In this document: piece by piece, positions 23,205 to 35,749 of the stretch
How positions within the stretch are numbered: position 1 is the stretch's first letter
Layout of the letters: every line of letters begins with the position of its first letter
Origin: Felis catus
Lineage: Eukaryota
Direction of reading: 5' to 3'
Assembly (NCBI RefSeq): GCF_018350175.1
Contig: NC_058368.1
Span: forward strand, 71,860,001 to 71,924,000
Length of the DNA stretch: 64,000 nucleotides
Made by a program: the position numbers and the translations under genes
Notes under the pieces: model-generated
What the model was told of the DNA's origin: nothing
Database searches by the model: none
Seen by the model: only the letters and a program-made list of their open reading frames with translations

Positions 23205-23890
23205 CTATAGAAAGAAGCATGGCGGGGAGTGGCTGCTAAGGTTGGAGAGGCCAGTTTGCCAATACAAACTCCAGGGGGCTTATGTGCAGGCACACAGAGG
23301 CTTGAAAAATGTCTGTTGTATGGATTAATAAATGAACAACATATACATTTGATGAAAACAAAACAAACCAATCAACTAAACAAACAAAAAACAAATAACC
23401 TGGGGCAGCTTCCTTTACTACTCTAAAAATAGCTCAGTCTTTAATGTGGCCTCATTTGAAAATAAAGTACCAGTGTGAAATCTCCTAGTGTTTCTGGTTG
23501 GTCTTTCAAGCATAGCAGACAGGTAATGACTACTAATTAGTTAGCTATTGATTTTTCGGATTTGCTTTCCCAGTATGGGTAAATGAAATTCTCAGCGTGG
23601 ACAGGAAGGAGGTGATGCTTGCTTTGATTTCTATAAGTTCTCTTCCAATTCTAAGAGCTTGCATGGTTTGACATTTTTATATTATACTTGTGTTTAATTG
23701 GAAATTTGCTTTCTTGCTACTACTTATATTCTATGCAGGATTAGATATTTAGTGAGGAAATATTCCTACGAGTACATGACACTTGAGGGGGTAACTGACA
23801 GTTCCCAGTAGACTCTGGAATGGTTATTGCTACTGAATTCCCTATCAGACACACACCATAGTCCTCCAAGTGGGATAGGTATTCACATAC

Positions 23891-23960
23891 TGTAGTTTTA
23901 TGGGGAAATTTGTTTTCAAATGAACTCTGAGACTTGGAGAATATACTGATCCTTCATGAG
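23891..23960 (-). pseudogene. Candidate exon remnant (70 bp)
   Basis: Acceptor atctcactctctctag|CT, donor ACA|GTATGT; open frame HEGSVYSPSLRVHLKTNFPIKL. Confidence 0.35.
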
Positions 23961-24705
23961 CTAGAGAGAGTGAGATCTTTATAGTTTTGGGCATTGCAGA
24001 GAACTCTGAAAAGAAGCACCCTCACTTCCAAGTATAAAAATTAGCTGATACCAACTAAACTCCCTTGAGTTTTCCTTTGTCTAAGATTTCTAAGTCCGAG
24101 ATATGAGGGGAATTTCATTTCATCCTCAAAGTGGGAGGCTTGGGATGATTAAGCCATTGGATTTGGTTTCAGATGGAAATACAGTGAAATAACCTCGCCC
24201 TGCTCTCACTGTGTGGTTCTGGACCTCTGGTTCCAGGAGCTGCCTGGAAGGGTTTACCATCAGCTAAAAATAACTAACATGAGGGCTGTTTTAAAAACAT
24301 TTGTCTACAAACTTATGAGTAGCTGGAAAGGGGTCAGAGAAGAATCACAAAAGGATTAAAATCATGGAAAAGAAGATTTATTAGTAAGGATCTCTAATTA
24401 CTCATAAGACAAGACCAAAGAGTTGAAATAATACTCCTAACGTATACTAAGAGTGGTTTGGCTCACCACAGTAGATAAATGGGCAAAGGACAGGAGATGA
24501 TTTTTCTCAAAATAACTGATGGTTACTCTACTTTATTAGAAGATAGCATAATGAGCACTAGAAGATGAAAATTAAAGAGCAAATGTGGAATCGTTTTTTT
24601 ACGAATCGCACTGGCAAAGATTGCAAAGATTTGCTCCCACCCAGGAGGCTAGGGTGAGGGAGGGGATTCCCTTATTTTCATACATTGTAGCAGTTCATGA
24701 GAGTT

Positions 24706-25253
24706 TGTCTTAGTCTTCTTGGGTTGCCATAACAAAATACCACATAGACCGAGTGGCTTAAACAACAGAACGTTACTTCTTACAGTCCTGGAAGCTGGGA
24801 AGTCCAAGATCAAGGTGCTGGCCAATTCAGTTCTGAGTGAGAGCTCCCTTCCTGGCTTGCAGACAGCCACCTTCTCCCTGTGTCCACACAAGCCAGAGAT
24901 TCTCTCTCTCATTCTTCCTTTCTCCCTCCTTTTTTAAAATGTTTATATTTATTTTGAGAGAGAGAGAGAGAGAGCAAGCAGAGGAGGAGCAGAGAGGGGA
25001 AGAGAGAGAATCCCAAGCAGGCTCTGCACTGTCAGTGCAGAGTTGGAGGTGGGGCTTGATCTCATGAACCGTGAGATCATCACCTGACTGAAACCAAGAG
25101 TCAGATGCTTAACTGACTGAACCACTCAGGTGCTCCGCTCCCTCTTCTTTTAAGGGCATCAGTCCCATCAGAGTAAGGCCATGTCTTATGATCTAATCAC
25201 CTCCCAAAGGCTCCACATCCTTATACTATCACTCTGGGGCTTGGGGCTTAAAC
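24706..25253 (-). mobile_element. MLT1A-like MaLR LTR with a nested Can-SINE at about 24930-25137
   Basis: tgtcttagtc...gccataacaaaataccacatagaccgagtggcttaaacaacagaa...gggaagtccaagatcaaggtgctggc. Confidence 0.85.
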
Positions 25254-25254
25254 A

Positions 25255-26010
25255 GGGCATTATGTATCAAAAATGTTAAGAAAGAGGCTACTTCGTTCCA
25301 GCAATTCCAGTAATAGGAATTTATCCTAAGGGAAATTTGGACCAGTGTTCAAAAATATATCTACAGGTTGTTCTCTGCAGTGGTGCTTATCTTAGATGTT
25401 GAAGATGCCACACATATCCATTAATCTGGGATGAACCACGTGATTTATGATATACCAGAGGTCAGCACTTTTCTTAAAGTGCCAGATAAAAGTTTTAGGC
25501 TTTGGGGTCAAGAGGCAAAATTGAAGATATTATATAGGCACTAATACAATAATTTGAAATGTAACCATTTAAAAATGTAAAAATTATCTTTAGCTTGCAG
25601 GCATATAAAACCAGACAGTGAACTAGATCTCTGGTCTATACACTGGAATACCTTTTACAGCTTTATAGTATTCCAATGTATAGACCAGAGCTGTTGAAAA
25701 TAATGACGTAGATCTAAATTTATTACCATGGAAAGATATGTACAATAAATTAAGGGAAATTAAGGGAAAAAAGCCTGTATAGAATGACTATATACTATAA
25801 CATGTATGTATACATACAAAATGGCACATTATTATAACTCTATTTTTGTGAAAATCAATTTTTGTGTACAAGTATATATGCATACAAAGTCTAAAAGGCC
25901 ACAAACGAAAACATTCCTCTGTGGTTAGCTCTGGGTTGTGGATTGGGGTGATCTTTATTTCCTTCTTTAAAAATTTCTGTATTTTCTTATTTGGGATAAC
26001 CAATGGGCAT
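25255..26010 (+). mobile_element. Old L1 (L1ME-like) 3' region interrupted by a MER58-like MITE at about 25455-25630
   Basis: ccagcaattccagtaataggaatttatcctaagg; MER58-like ccagaggtcagcac...ttttaggctttggggtc. Confidence 0.65.
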
Positions 26011-26026
26011 ATCTTAATTCTAAAAT

Positions 26027-26535
26027 TCTTTTTTAAATTTTTATTTATTTTTTTATCTTAGAGCACACAGAAGCAGGGTTGAGGGGCAGAAGGACAGAGG
26101 AAGAGAATCTTTTATTTGTTAAGTTTACATTTATTTTGAGAGAGAGAGAGAGCACATACAGGGGAGGGCTGAGAGAGAGGGAAGGAGAGAGAATCTCAAG
26201 CAGGTCTTAAACCCACAAACCCTGAGATCATGACCTGAGCTGAAAAGAGTCAGATGCTCAACCAACTGAGCCACCCAGTTGCCCCTAAAATTCTAAAATA
26301 ACATAGAACTATTATTATTATTATTATTATTATTATTTTAATGTTAATTTTTTGAGAAAGAGAGACAGAGTGTGGGGGGGGGGCAGAGAGAGAGAGGGAG
26401 ACACAGAATCCAAAGCAGGCTCCAGGCTCTGAGCTGTCAGCCCAGAGCCCGACGTGGGGCTCAAACCCATGAACTGCGAGATCATGACCTGAGCCAAAGT
26501 CGGATGCCTAACCGACTGAGCCACTGAGGCGCCCC
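26027..26535 (-). mobile_element. Cluster of tandem minus-strand Can-SINEs (26027-26285 composite; 26312-26535 with an (ATT)n tail)
   Basis: Two full SINE heads (ending at 26285 and 26535) plus an extra partial SINE 3' end at about 26030-26110. Confidence 0.88.
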
Positions 26536-27742
26536 AACATAAAACTATTTTTTATGAATAAAATTAAAAAATTCATAAGCACCTCCAAGAAACAAACAAT
26601 AAAGTAAGAAAACAAAATGCCATTATGCAGAATATTGCTAATTGCTAAGTATTTTGCCTGAATTTGGAGGCAGGAAATAAAAAGAACTCAATCTGTTTCT
26701 CAGATGATAGATTTAAGATAATGTTTGGACATTGAGAGGATTAGGACTTTCCCCCCTGCATTTCCTAGAAAGTTATAAGTGCAAATTTGAAGAAGGGAAT
26801 GGTCTGATTAAACCCTCAATACTTTTTCCAAACATCTAATCATTGCTCTTGCTTATGTTAAACACAAGTTTTACAATCTACACCAAAATAAAAGTCTTGT
26901 AAGACAATCTTGGTGGGAATGGAAGACATGTTGATATTTTCTACCACAATGAAATTGGGAAAATTTTAATTTAACCATAGCTTTCAGTTTTAACATGAGA
27001 ACATTGCAAAGTCAATAAAAATACAGTTATCTAGCCAGAATGAGAATGTGGCTAGGGAACAGAAATTTCAGAAACATGACACTTAGCTATTTAGCTAAAA
27101 CCAGTAAGTAACTTATTTTTCATCTTAAATGAATTAATTTCCCAGTCCTTGCAAAATATTTCTCTTGGATACACTCTTTAAAATTAGCTTTTCAAATTTT
27201 TCTTACCACCAGTGAAAGAAATTCCCTCTATGAGTGGATTCTTTGAATTGTCGATTATCCCTAATGATGGCAGCTCATCTTGTATGGGAAATGCAGGCGT
27301 GTATGTATGCCCAATAAAAATGTACTGAATGAGTGGTGGTCTGTAACTTTGATGAGCTTTTAGTTTGGCAAGGAAATAGATGTTTAAATGTTTTGAGCTA
27401 AATAGTTCTGATATATAGCAAAGCCAAATAATGATAACCATGATAATAGCAAAAGCTTTGATTTTTCAGATGCTTAATAGGCCAGGCACAATATGAGATC
27501 ACAAATCTGCTGGGACACAGGTGTTATTCTTTTCTTTTTAAGGTGTGGGTTAATGTTCAGAGAGGCAAAATAACTCTTTGGAGGTCACACAGCTAGTAAG
27601 TGATAGGGATGTAATTCAAACACAAACCTGATTTAATTTTATCCACTTTCTGCTATGCCCATCTGCCCACCATATACTACAAATATAAACTGTAATTGTA
27701 TTATTTATTAGTATGTTATTGTTATTCTTTAGCACACCTAAT

Positions 27743-28056
27743 GCCTTAGGCAGTTTGGGCTACTATAAAACAATACCATAGACTGGGTATTATTTGACTC
27801 AAACAATAAACATTTGTTTCTCACACTCTGGAGTCTGGAAATCTGAGATTAATTGAGTTCTTAGTGAGGATCCTCTTCTTGCTTATGTCCTCACATGGCC
27901 TTTCTTTGGCGCATCCACTTTTTATAAGGGCATTAATTCCATCAAGGGGCCTCCATCCTTATAACCTCATTTAAACCTAATTCCCTCCAGATACCATCAT
28001 ATTGGGAGTTAGGGATTCAACACCAGAATTTGGAAGAGACACAATCAGTCCATAGA
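27743..28056 (-). mobile_element. MLT1A-like MaLR LTR
   Basis: gggctactataaaacaataccatagactggg...tctcacactctggagtctggaaatctgagat...cagtccatag. Confidence 0.75.
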
Positions 28057-28145
28057 ACATAATAATGAGTTAGTTACTTGTTTAAAGCCATATCTGAGAG
28101 GAATATTATGAATCTTCTGAAACCATTAAGAAACTGTTGAATGCA

Positions 28146-28370
28146 GGGGTGCCTGGGTGGCGCAGTCGGTTAAGCGTCCGACTTCAGCCAGGTCATGATC
28201 TCGCGGTCCATGAGTTCGAGCCCCGCGTCAAGCTCTGGGCTGATGGCTCGGAGCCTGGAGCTTGTTTCCGATTCTGTGTCTCCCTCTCTCTCTGCCCCTC
28301 CTCTGTTCATGCTCTGTCTCTCTCTGTCCCAAAAATAAAAAATAAAATGTTGAAAAAAAAATTTTAAAAA
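28146..28370 (+). mobile_element. Young felid Can-SINE
   Basis: ggggtgcctgggtggcgcagtcggttaagcgtccgacttcagccagg; TSD aagaaactgttgaatgca at 28128-28145 and 28371-28388. Confidence 0.97.
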
Positions 28371-28734
28371 AAGAAACTGTTGAATGCAGAAGGGACCCAG
28401 TCTTGATTATTAAAAGACAGCAGCCACATGCATTGCCTCAGTGAACATGTGTAGTCATCAATCCCTTTTCCTTCTCACAGAAATATGCCCTTGCCATCCT
28501 GTAGTCCTTGCTAATGGATAGCTGCTCTCAGACCCTCAGTTCTCTTATAATATGTGCTGCAGACTCAGGTCTTAGGGAAGTCACATGCTTGTGTTTCACA
28601 GACTGTGGACTCTGCAGCAACCCCTACTGCTGCCTGATATATGGTTAATTGCTTCTTAGATAATCCTTTGTTCCAAAGATATAGCATTTACAAAAAATGG
28701 ACTAAAAAGAAATAGACATTTGAACAAGCAGTTT

Positions 28735-28935
28735 CTTTTTTTTTTTAATTTTTAATTTGAGAGAGATTGGACATGGGAGTGGGGTAGAGGGGCAGAGGGA
28801 GAGACAGAATCCTAAGTAGCTTCCATCCATGCTCAGGGTGGGACCCAACATGGGGCCCAATCTCATGATGCTGGGATTACAACCTGAGCTGAAATCAAGA
28901 GTTGGATGCTCAGTTGCTGGGCCACCCAGGCACCC
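28735..28935 (-). mobile_element. Older Can-SINE
   Basis: acctgagctgaaatcaagagttggatgctc...gccacccaggcaccc. Confidence 0.85.
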
Positions 28936-29344
28936 TGAACATGCATGGTCAGAGGGAGGAAGAAACCCAACAAACAGACAAACAAACAGAACTTCTCTCC
29001 TTTACACATAAACTCTAAAATACACCCCAAATTTTGCCCTTGAGTTTTTAAAACCATTCATCTCTCATATTTCCTTGATTACTTTTTCTTAGCCAGGGGC
29101 AGCATTCATTCATTTATTTGTACATTCCCTTACTTCTCTCTCATTCATTCATTCCACCATTATTTACTGAATGGCTGTTCTGGGCTAGGCATTGTCCTGG
29201 ATATAGGGACAAATGAAATGGAAGAAAGCCAAATGAAAGAGGGCCCTGCCCTCCAGGAACTTTTGTTTTGTGTTATACAGTCCTGACATTTATATTGTGA
29301 CTAGAAGACACTGTAACATGGATGAAAAATGGAAATCTATATGA

Positions 29345-30190
29345 TGGTTAGCTATTAATCATCACAGTGATGCTGGGTAATGTCCCACTCCCAAGCTCAA
29401 TGGCTCCAAGCAATAATCATTTACTGTCACTCATGGGAGAGTGTTGGGTAGTGTGTATTAGTTTCCTAGGGCTGCCATAACAAAATACCAGAGACTGAGT
29501 GGCTTAAACAACACAAGTTTATTTTCTCACAGTTCTGATGGTGATATAAGTCCAAGATCAAGGTGTTGGCAGGTTTGGTTTCTTCTGACACCTCTCTGCT
29601 TAACTCATAGATGGCCACCTTGTATTAACTTGGTCTTCCTTCTATGCATTCACATGTCTGTGGCCTAATCTCTGATTATAAGGATATTAGTCAGATTGGA
29701 ATAGGGCCCACCCATGTGAACTAATTTGGCTTTACCTCTTTGAAGGTTCTATCTCAAGATGTAGTCACATTCTGAGGTACAAGGGGTTAGGAATTTAACA
29801 ATAAATTTTGGGAGGACATAATCCAGCCTATGATCAGATGGGAGTTTTAGTTGATCTAAGCTGGGTTCCAGTGGTCTTGGCAGGTCTCATGTCCCTCAAT
29901 CTCCTGGAGATGTGGGTTAGCTAGGGCACATTCTTCTAGTGGCACAAGATGGAAGCTTCTAGAAAGGTGAGCAGAAACTTGCAGTGTCTCTTGAGGCCTT
30001 GGCTCAGGACTTGCACACGATCACTTCCACCCATATTCCATAAGCTGAAACAAATCCATAGTGAAATCTAACTTTAATGGGGTTGGGATTACACTTTGCC
30101 TCCAGTAGGAGGAACTGCAGAGTCACAAGACAGAGTGTGAGGACACAGGGAGAGCTGAAGAATGGGGAACAATAATGAAGTCTACCCCCA
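29345..30190 (-). mobile_element. Old MLT1 LTR with a nested younger MLT1 LTR at about 29454-29830
   Basis: Outer: gttagctatt...gctgggtaa...ctcaatggct...; inner: tgtattagtttcctagggctgccataacaaaatacc. Confidence 0.7.
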
Positions 30191-31188
30191 AAATGGAATG
30201 TATTAATTAATTCTGGAGTTTTCTCTACCTGACAAGAACTGAATATTTATTTTGCTTCTGAGTATTCAGCACTGAGTAGTTTCATTGAGATTTTAAAATG
30301 TGTGACAGTATACTTGTACTGTTTGGGTAATTTGAAAATTATTTTCTGAAACAACTACATTAGCCTTCATCTTAGTTGAGTAAAAATGATTACAATCTAG
30401 TATCCAATTGTTTCCCTCAGTAGATAGAGCACCATCCATCCAGATACAGAGCAATGGGCTGGTGTCCCAGGTCTGATACACACATAACTGCTGGTTTACA
30501 GCTATAGATTGTGCTAGAAGGTTCTCCATCTGATGTATGGTGTGAGGAGAGACCAGCAGATGTTTGCTGTCATGATTGAAAACATTTCAAACTGGAGTTT
30601 CCTGATGAGGGGTCAGTAATATTTAGACAACATGAATTAGGTCATAGTGTGGTATAAGTCATTCGAATACCCTGTAAGCAACCTAAGTGGAAGGAACAGT
30701 ATGAAAAAAGCAGGTATCATCAGGGCATTTGCTGAGGGAGAAAATTAGAATGGCTCCTCTTATAGTTACCTAGTGGGTAGCCTTGGCTTTTTACACTCCT
30801 CAGCTCAGCCTGAGCTCCACCAGAAATAAGCAGGGAGGGATGGATAGGAGGGAAATTAGTATCTGTGGGGTTTGCTATTAGGTAAGAGAGAGGGGAGTAA
30901 AACAGACTAGGCTGCTTTACAGAAGGAAAGTAAATTTATGGGAACAAAATAATTTCAGCAGCTGATGTTGAGAAAAGAAGGTAGAGAAATGAAAAAAAAG
31001 CTAGATTAAAAATGTCCCAAATGGTTTTCTGGCCCCTGGGGCTTATGGTTACATTCTCCAGGGTCCATGAGTTTTGTAAAACTGTACAATCTTTTTACTT
31101 GCATATATTTTTGTTTAATAGCAAGCTAAAGAAAAATTAACTGAAGAATATCCTGAATGACCCGTATGATTATCTTTTAACTGAGTGC

Positions 31189-31710
31189 TGTTGGGAAGTT
31201 TCAGGCCAGCATTTTCTGTTTGTCACTACAGAGAACTGAATTATACTGTGAACTAGGTACAGTAGACAGGGAGGAGCCTAACAAGGCTTGTTTGATTAAA
31301 GTCCTCGATGTCCCATTGTTTCTTTTAAAAATTCAATAGGTGTACATATGGGGAATCCACAGACATGGAAATTCCAAAGACAGTCAGGCAAAATGAGGTA
31401 TATATGTAAGAAAGGGGTAGGGATCTGGGATTTCAGAGGAAAGGAAAGCATTTTTCAGGGTGATGACAAGAGCAGCTGTTTGGTAATTAAATGTTTGCCC
31501 TACTATGCCGATGGGTCGCTCAGATAAAATTAATCTCTACCCCTTATTCTGGGAAAGACCCCCAATTTCGATTCTTCTATGTAGTTAATGGAGGGGCAAA
31601 AGTTTGTCTTGAGCCCTTGGGGTCTCAAGGTGCCTTAAGTTCAAAATTACCCACATGCCAAAGTGGCATATTCTGGGAAGGGGGAAGAGGGACTGTCCTG
31701 AACCCCTTCA
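31189..31710 (-). mobile_element. ERV1-class solo LTR
   Basis: TG...CA termini; shares the end motif catgccaaagtggcatatt with the LTR at 5599-6148. Confidence 0.65.
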
Positions 31711-32595
31711 TACTTTCATAGGGATAATTGCCTTCTTGGTTATTTTCACAAGGGAAAAATTTCACAACTTTACTTTTGGACATCTCCAACTACAAGAAAA
31801 TTCTTATTCATTCTGAAATACAGAGAAGGCCTTGCACACAGGGATACTTATCATGGCATCATTTAAATATATGAAGTGTTTGAAACAGTCTCAATAGCTA
31901 AGAATTGTGGTGGTACATCTACCACACTGTTATATAGTTACATAAATTACATTTATGAAGATTTTAATAATGTAGAAAATTTTTTTATAATGTAAGTTAT
32001 AATACAAAATTATTTACTTAGACCATGTGAAAAGTACAAAAGACTTGAAAGTTAATATGCTAAGATATTAATAGAGGTGATCTCAGGGTTAAGGGTAATT
32101 GTGTTTCTTCTTTGTGTTTTTCTGTGCTTACTGAATTTTCTACAATCACCGTAAATTATGTTAATAATTTAAAAAGGTAGATGGAAAGTATGTCATGTTA
32201 TCCAATAAATATTTATTGGACACCTACTATGTGCTAGCTACTGTTCTTGGCTCAGGTAGTGAATAAGACTGAGACCTTGCCCTCATTTAATTTGTGTTGT
32301 ATAATTCTTATTTTAATAATTCTATTATATTTAATAATGTTATCATTACTTAGGCATCCATGCCAAGTCATAGACACTCTTGGATTTACAGGCAACCAAA
32401 ACTTTAGTGTGTTTGTGTGTGTGTGTGTGTGTTTAATGAACTGTTAAGTCAATCGTGTTCTTAGAAAGTTTTTTCATCAAATAAGCTCAGTCTCTTGAGT
32501 TGTTTTTACTTCAGGGGTTTTGATTCTGACAAAGAGTGTATCCCTTCCAGGATTGAGACATTTATATATTTTTCAAGCACATTTTCTCTGACTTT

Positions 32596-33157
32596 TGTAG
32601 GGGAGGAAAATCTGTCCTCTACCAATCTTAGGTTCTCTATCTGGGCCCCTTAAATTAGACCAATATAAGACAGATTATTATTAACTAGAGAAAAACAAAC
32701 AGGTTTATTATCATGCCCACCCCACCATGTAACACGTAGGAGCAGCCAGAGATGTGTAACTCAAAGGGTTAGTTAGAACTTGAGTTTATGTAGCATCTTA
32801 GTAAGGGAACAGTAAGTTTTTAGAGAAGTGACAAGACAAAGAAAAAGGACCCAGTGTTGAAGGCAAACACATGGGAAACTAATGGATCAAGGCTAGTTGT
32901 AAAGTTTGCTATGTGGATTCCTCTGGTGCCATCTCCAGGCTGATGAGCGTCCAAAGTTGTGTCTAGTGATTAACTTTTGTCCTTCCAGGTAGAGAGGGGA
33001 AGAGGGACACCTTTGTAAATTGATATCCTGCTTTTAGCAAATATGGGGAGGATGGGAAGCTTTTCTTGTATGTGCTGCTCCTTAATTGCCCTTAGCTCAG
33101 AACAATCCTTCTGTCAAAGATGCATATTTTGGGGGTGACATATTCTGGTTTCCTTCA
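32596..33157 (-). mobile_element. ERV1-class solo LTR
   Basis: tgtagggg...ccttca termini flanked by a 4-bp TSD cttt; similar to 5599-6148. Confidence 0.78.
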
Positions 33158-33739
33158 CTTTGTTCAGCACTAGAAATAATAAAGGGACAGTACCAAATAT
33201 GGAGTCAGAGCTTCCCTAAAAGTCCCATCTTTGAGTCTCTGATAGTCCCATAAATTCTAGATGTGGCTATTCAAACAGCTGGCTCATCTGCTAAATATGT
33301 CTACTAGGAAGTCATGAAAGATTTTTTCCAAAAATCTTTGAGATGTATTTATGGAATGCTCCTGTTAAGCCAGTTTGGAATTCAAAGAAGGCAACGACGG
33401 CAGTCGGGCATATTTCATTCTTAGAGAGCCCACACCACTTCTTAGGGTCTGTGGCCTGTGTGCAAGGTATTTTCTGAATACCTACAAACCATCTGTTAAG
33501 TAATTCGTTATAGAATTTCTCAGTGAATAATATTAAGTTCATCTGTCTACGGTTTGGGAATTTGCATTTTTGTAAATCAGAACAATATTTTCCCATAATA
33601 AAGTCCTTGATGGGCTGAATGGAGAATCACAAATACCTTGATAGGTGGTCCTTGAGATGGAAAATAGTCTCTAATCCTGATTAGCCAGAAGACCGTAGAG
33701 TATCTTGGCCTCCCTTCTGTGGTCCTGAAGGTCCTCTGA

Positions 33740-34100
33740 GAGAGGTGAGCTCTGTTAATTAAACACTCTTCATCTAAAACAAAGCTTGCCGGCACAGGGA
33801 GATTTCAGAAGAACCATAAATGTGAATTTCATTTTGCATTTAAAAAGCCACGCTTTATGCCATTGACATGTTGGAGAAAAGATTGATAGGGGAACTTCTT
33901 AAGAACACGAGAGGGCCTGGCAATTTGCATATTAATTTATGTACCCAAAATGAATGCAGACAGCCATAAAATGCACTTGTAATAATTATACTACCATTGA
34001 ACTGTGGGCTTTTAATTAAATGGAATGTTTTTATCTTGTGTTTTTCACGTTAGCCACGTTGCTATGGGTGTCAAGCTGTTCTTGCAAATCAAAGCATTGG
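33740..34100. promoter_or_regulatory. Candidate enhancer-like non-coding element (homeodomain motif cluster)
   Basis: Repeat-free; CCATAAA x2, TTTATG x2, TAATTA x3, GATTGAT, TGACA/TGTCA and GGAATG within about 350 bp. Confidence 0.4.
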
Positions 34101-34632
34101 AGATGCCTGATCCTGGGCTTTCATCGCTCTGGGCCCGCAGTGGCCTGCATTCCAGGACTGTGGCAGCTGGGTCTGGTGCTCTGGGCAAGCTCTGGGCACC
34201 TCTGCTTTATGCACACTTTAAAGAAGGGCGCTGGAGACCTAGCTCAGTCACACTGGCACAGGACAGGCATGACAAACCCCGGCTTTGGAAATGAGAAAGA
34301 AAGGAGGCTTGCAACCTGTGAGCCTTTTAAATAAATCAGAAAACGAAACCATGGGTGTTCTTCTTGAGACCCTTTTGCATTATTTGTTTGTCTGTGCTCG
34401 CTATTTTGATCTCCATCTACATTGTGGGCATATCAGCGTTCAAGGCAGAAGCTGTGTTATACAAATGATCATTTTCACACTTTTCAATGCCGCAACAAGA
34501 ATGCTCTTTTCTCCTCTTTTTTTTTTTTTTTTTCCTTCAAAAAGCCTGTTAAGTGGAGCCACTTGTGACTGATGTAAGTGATTACCATTGTGTTTTGATG
34601 TTCTGGGCTGGACTCTGCTGAGCCCCTTGGTG

Positions 34633-34663
<31 letters not shown>

Positions 34664-34924
34664 TGAGTTGCACTGTCCCAATCCATTATCATAATGACAA
34701 CAGAAGAGCCTGGGCCTATCCCAGCCAATGACAACCAGCCTTGTTTTCCAGGAGGGCCTCGAGGGCACTTGACTTGGGGCTGGAGAATGTCTGTTGATAT
34801 ACAATGAGTGGCACACAGGCATTGTTCGTATGTTACAAGGAAATTCACAGTGGGAGTGACATCGTATATATGCAAGACTTTAGTGTTTGTGTGACTTTTT
34901 GTTTAAAAAAGTTTGTTTAAAACT

Positions 34925-35075
34925 TTTTATTTATTTATTTTGAGAGGGGTAGAGGGAGAGAGAATCCCAAGCAGGCTCCGTGCTCATATGAGGCTTGAAC
35001 TCTTGAACCTTGAGATCATGACCTGAACTGAAATCAAGAGTTGGACACTTAACCAACTGAGTCACCCAGGTGCCT
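34925..35075 (-). mobile_element. Can-SINE (short)
   Basis: gagatcatgacctgaactgaaatcaagagttggacacttaaccaactgagtcacccaggtgcc. Confidence 0.88.
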
Positions 35076-35229
35076 GGTTCATGTGACTTTTTGCTACAAC
35101 TTACACACCTAGGACTTTTTACAACAGTTCTGTACTGTACTGGTTTCTTGGTTTCAAGTAACAAAGCAACTTAACTTTAAAAGGGGGAATTAATCATAAG
35201 GGCACAGTGTTCAATTAATTAAATAGGGG

Positions 35230-35749
35230 GAGGGGCATTAGACTACAGTGACTCTAATGGCTTAGTAGCTACTTAAGCAAACAGAATCTAAGCCTGAAAT
35301 GCCTAAATTGAAACTTAGGGACAACTGATGGCCAACGAGGCTTTAAGCTGTAGCCAATCAATCATTTCCTGGCTTTGCGGCTGCCTTTTCTCCACCGGCT
35401 CCTGTCAGTGGAAAGCTCCTAACCACTTCTGGTTTTCTGCTGCCTGATTCAAGATGATCTTTGCTTAAACAAACTTAAAAATTTTTAAATATGCCTCAGC
35501 TTATCTTTTTTTTTTTTTTTTAATTTATTTTTTTGGGGACAGAGAGAGACAAAGCATGAACGGGGGAGGGGCAGAGAGAGAGAGGGAGACACAGAATCGG
35601 AAACAGGCTCCAGGCTCTGAGCCATCAGCCCAGAGCCTGACGCGGGGCTCGAACTCACGGACCGCGAGATCGTGACCTGGCTGAAGTCGGACGCTTAACC
35701 GACTGCGCCACCCAGGCGCCCCAAATATGCCTCAGCTTATCTTTTAACA
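35230..35749 (+). mobile_element. ERV1-type LTR fragment interrupted by a young Can-SINE
   Basis: gccaatcaatcatttcc CAAT-like box; 3' end tatcttttaaca resumes after the SINE. Confidence 0.55.
35510..35722 (-). mobile_element. Very young felid Can-SINE
   Basis: Near consensus with CpGs retained; perfect 23-bp TSD aaatatgcctcagcttatctttt at 35487-35509 and 35723-35745. Confidence 0.97.

Larger units (their letters stand above)
10546..23960 (-). pseudogene. Candidate decayed multi-exon protein-coding gene (unitary pseudogene), tentatively VWA-domain/VWA3-like
   Basis: About 13 exon-like segments in unique sequence bounded by pyrimidine-tract-AG acceptors and GT donors on the minus strand: 23891-23960, about 23120-23204, 20066-20165, 19880(or 19851)-19970, 19547-19641, 18342-18491, 17430-17484, 16717-17042, 15247-15361, 14836-15005, 12254-12785, 11372-11593, 10546-10675. 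Five consecutive exons splice in frame (247 codons, 4 stops). Recognisable TEs fall in the introns. Confidence 0.55.

Noticed and set aside
23765..23841. Extra exon EFSSNNHSRVYWELSVTP adjacent to 23891-23960
   Set aside because: Would need an intron of about 49 nt, too short for a mammal unless a deletion occurred; left unsupported.
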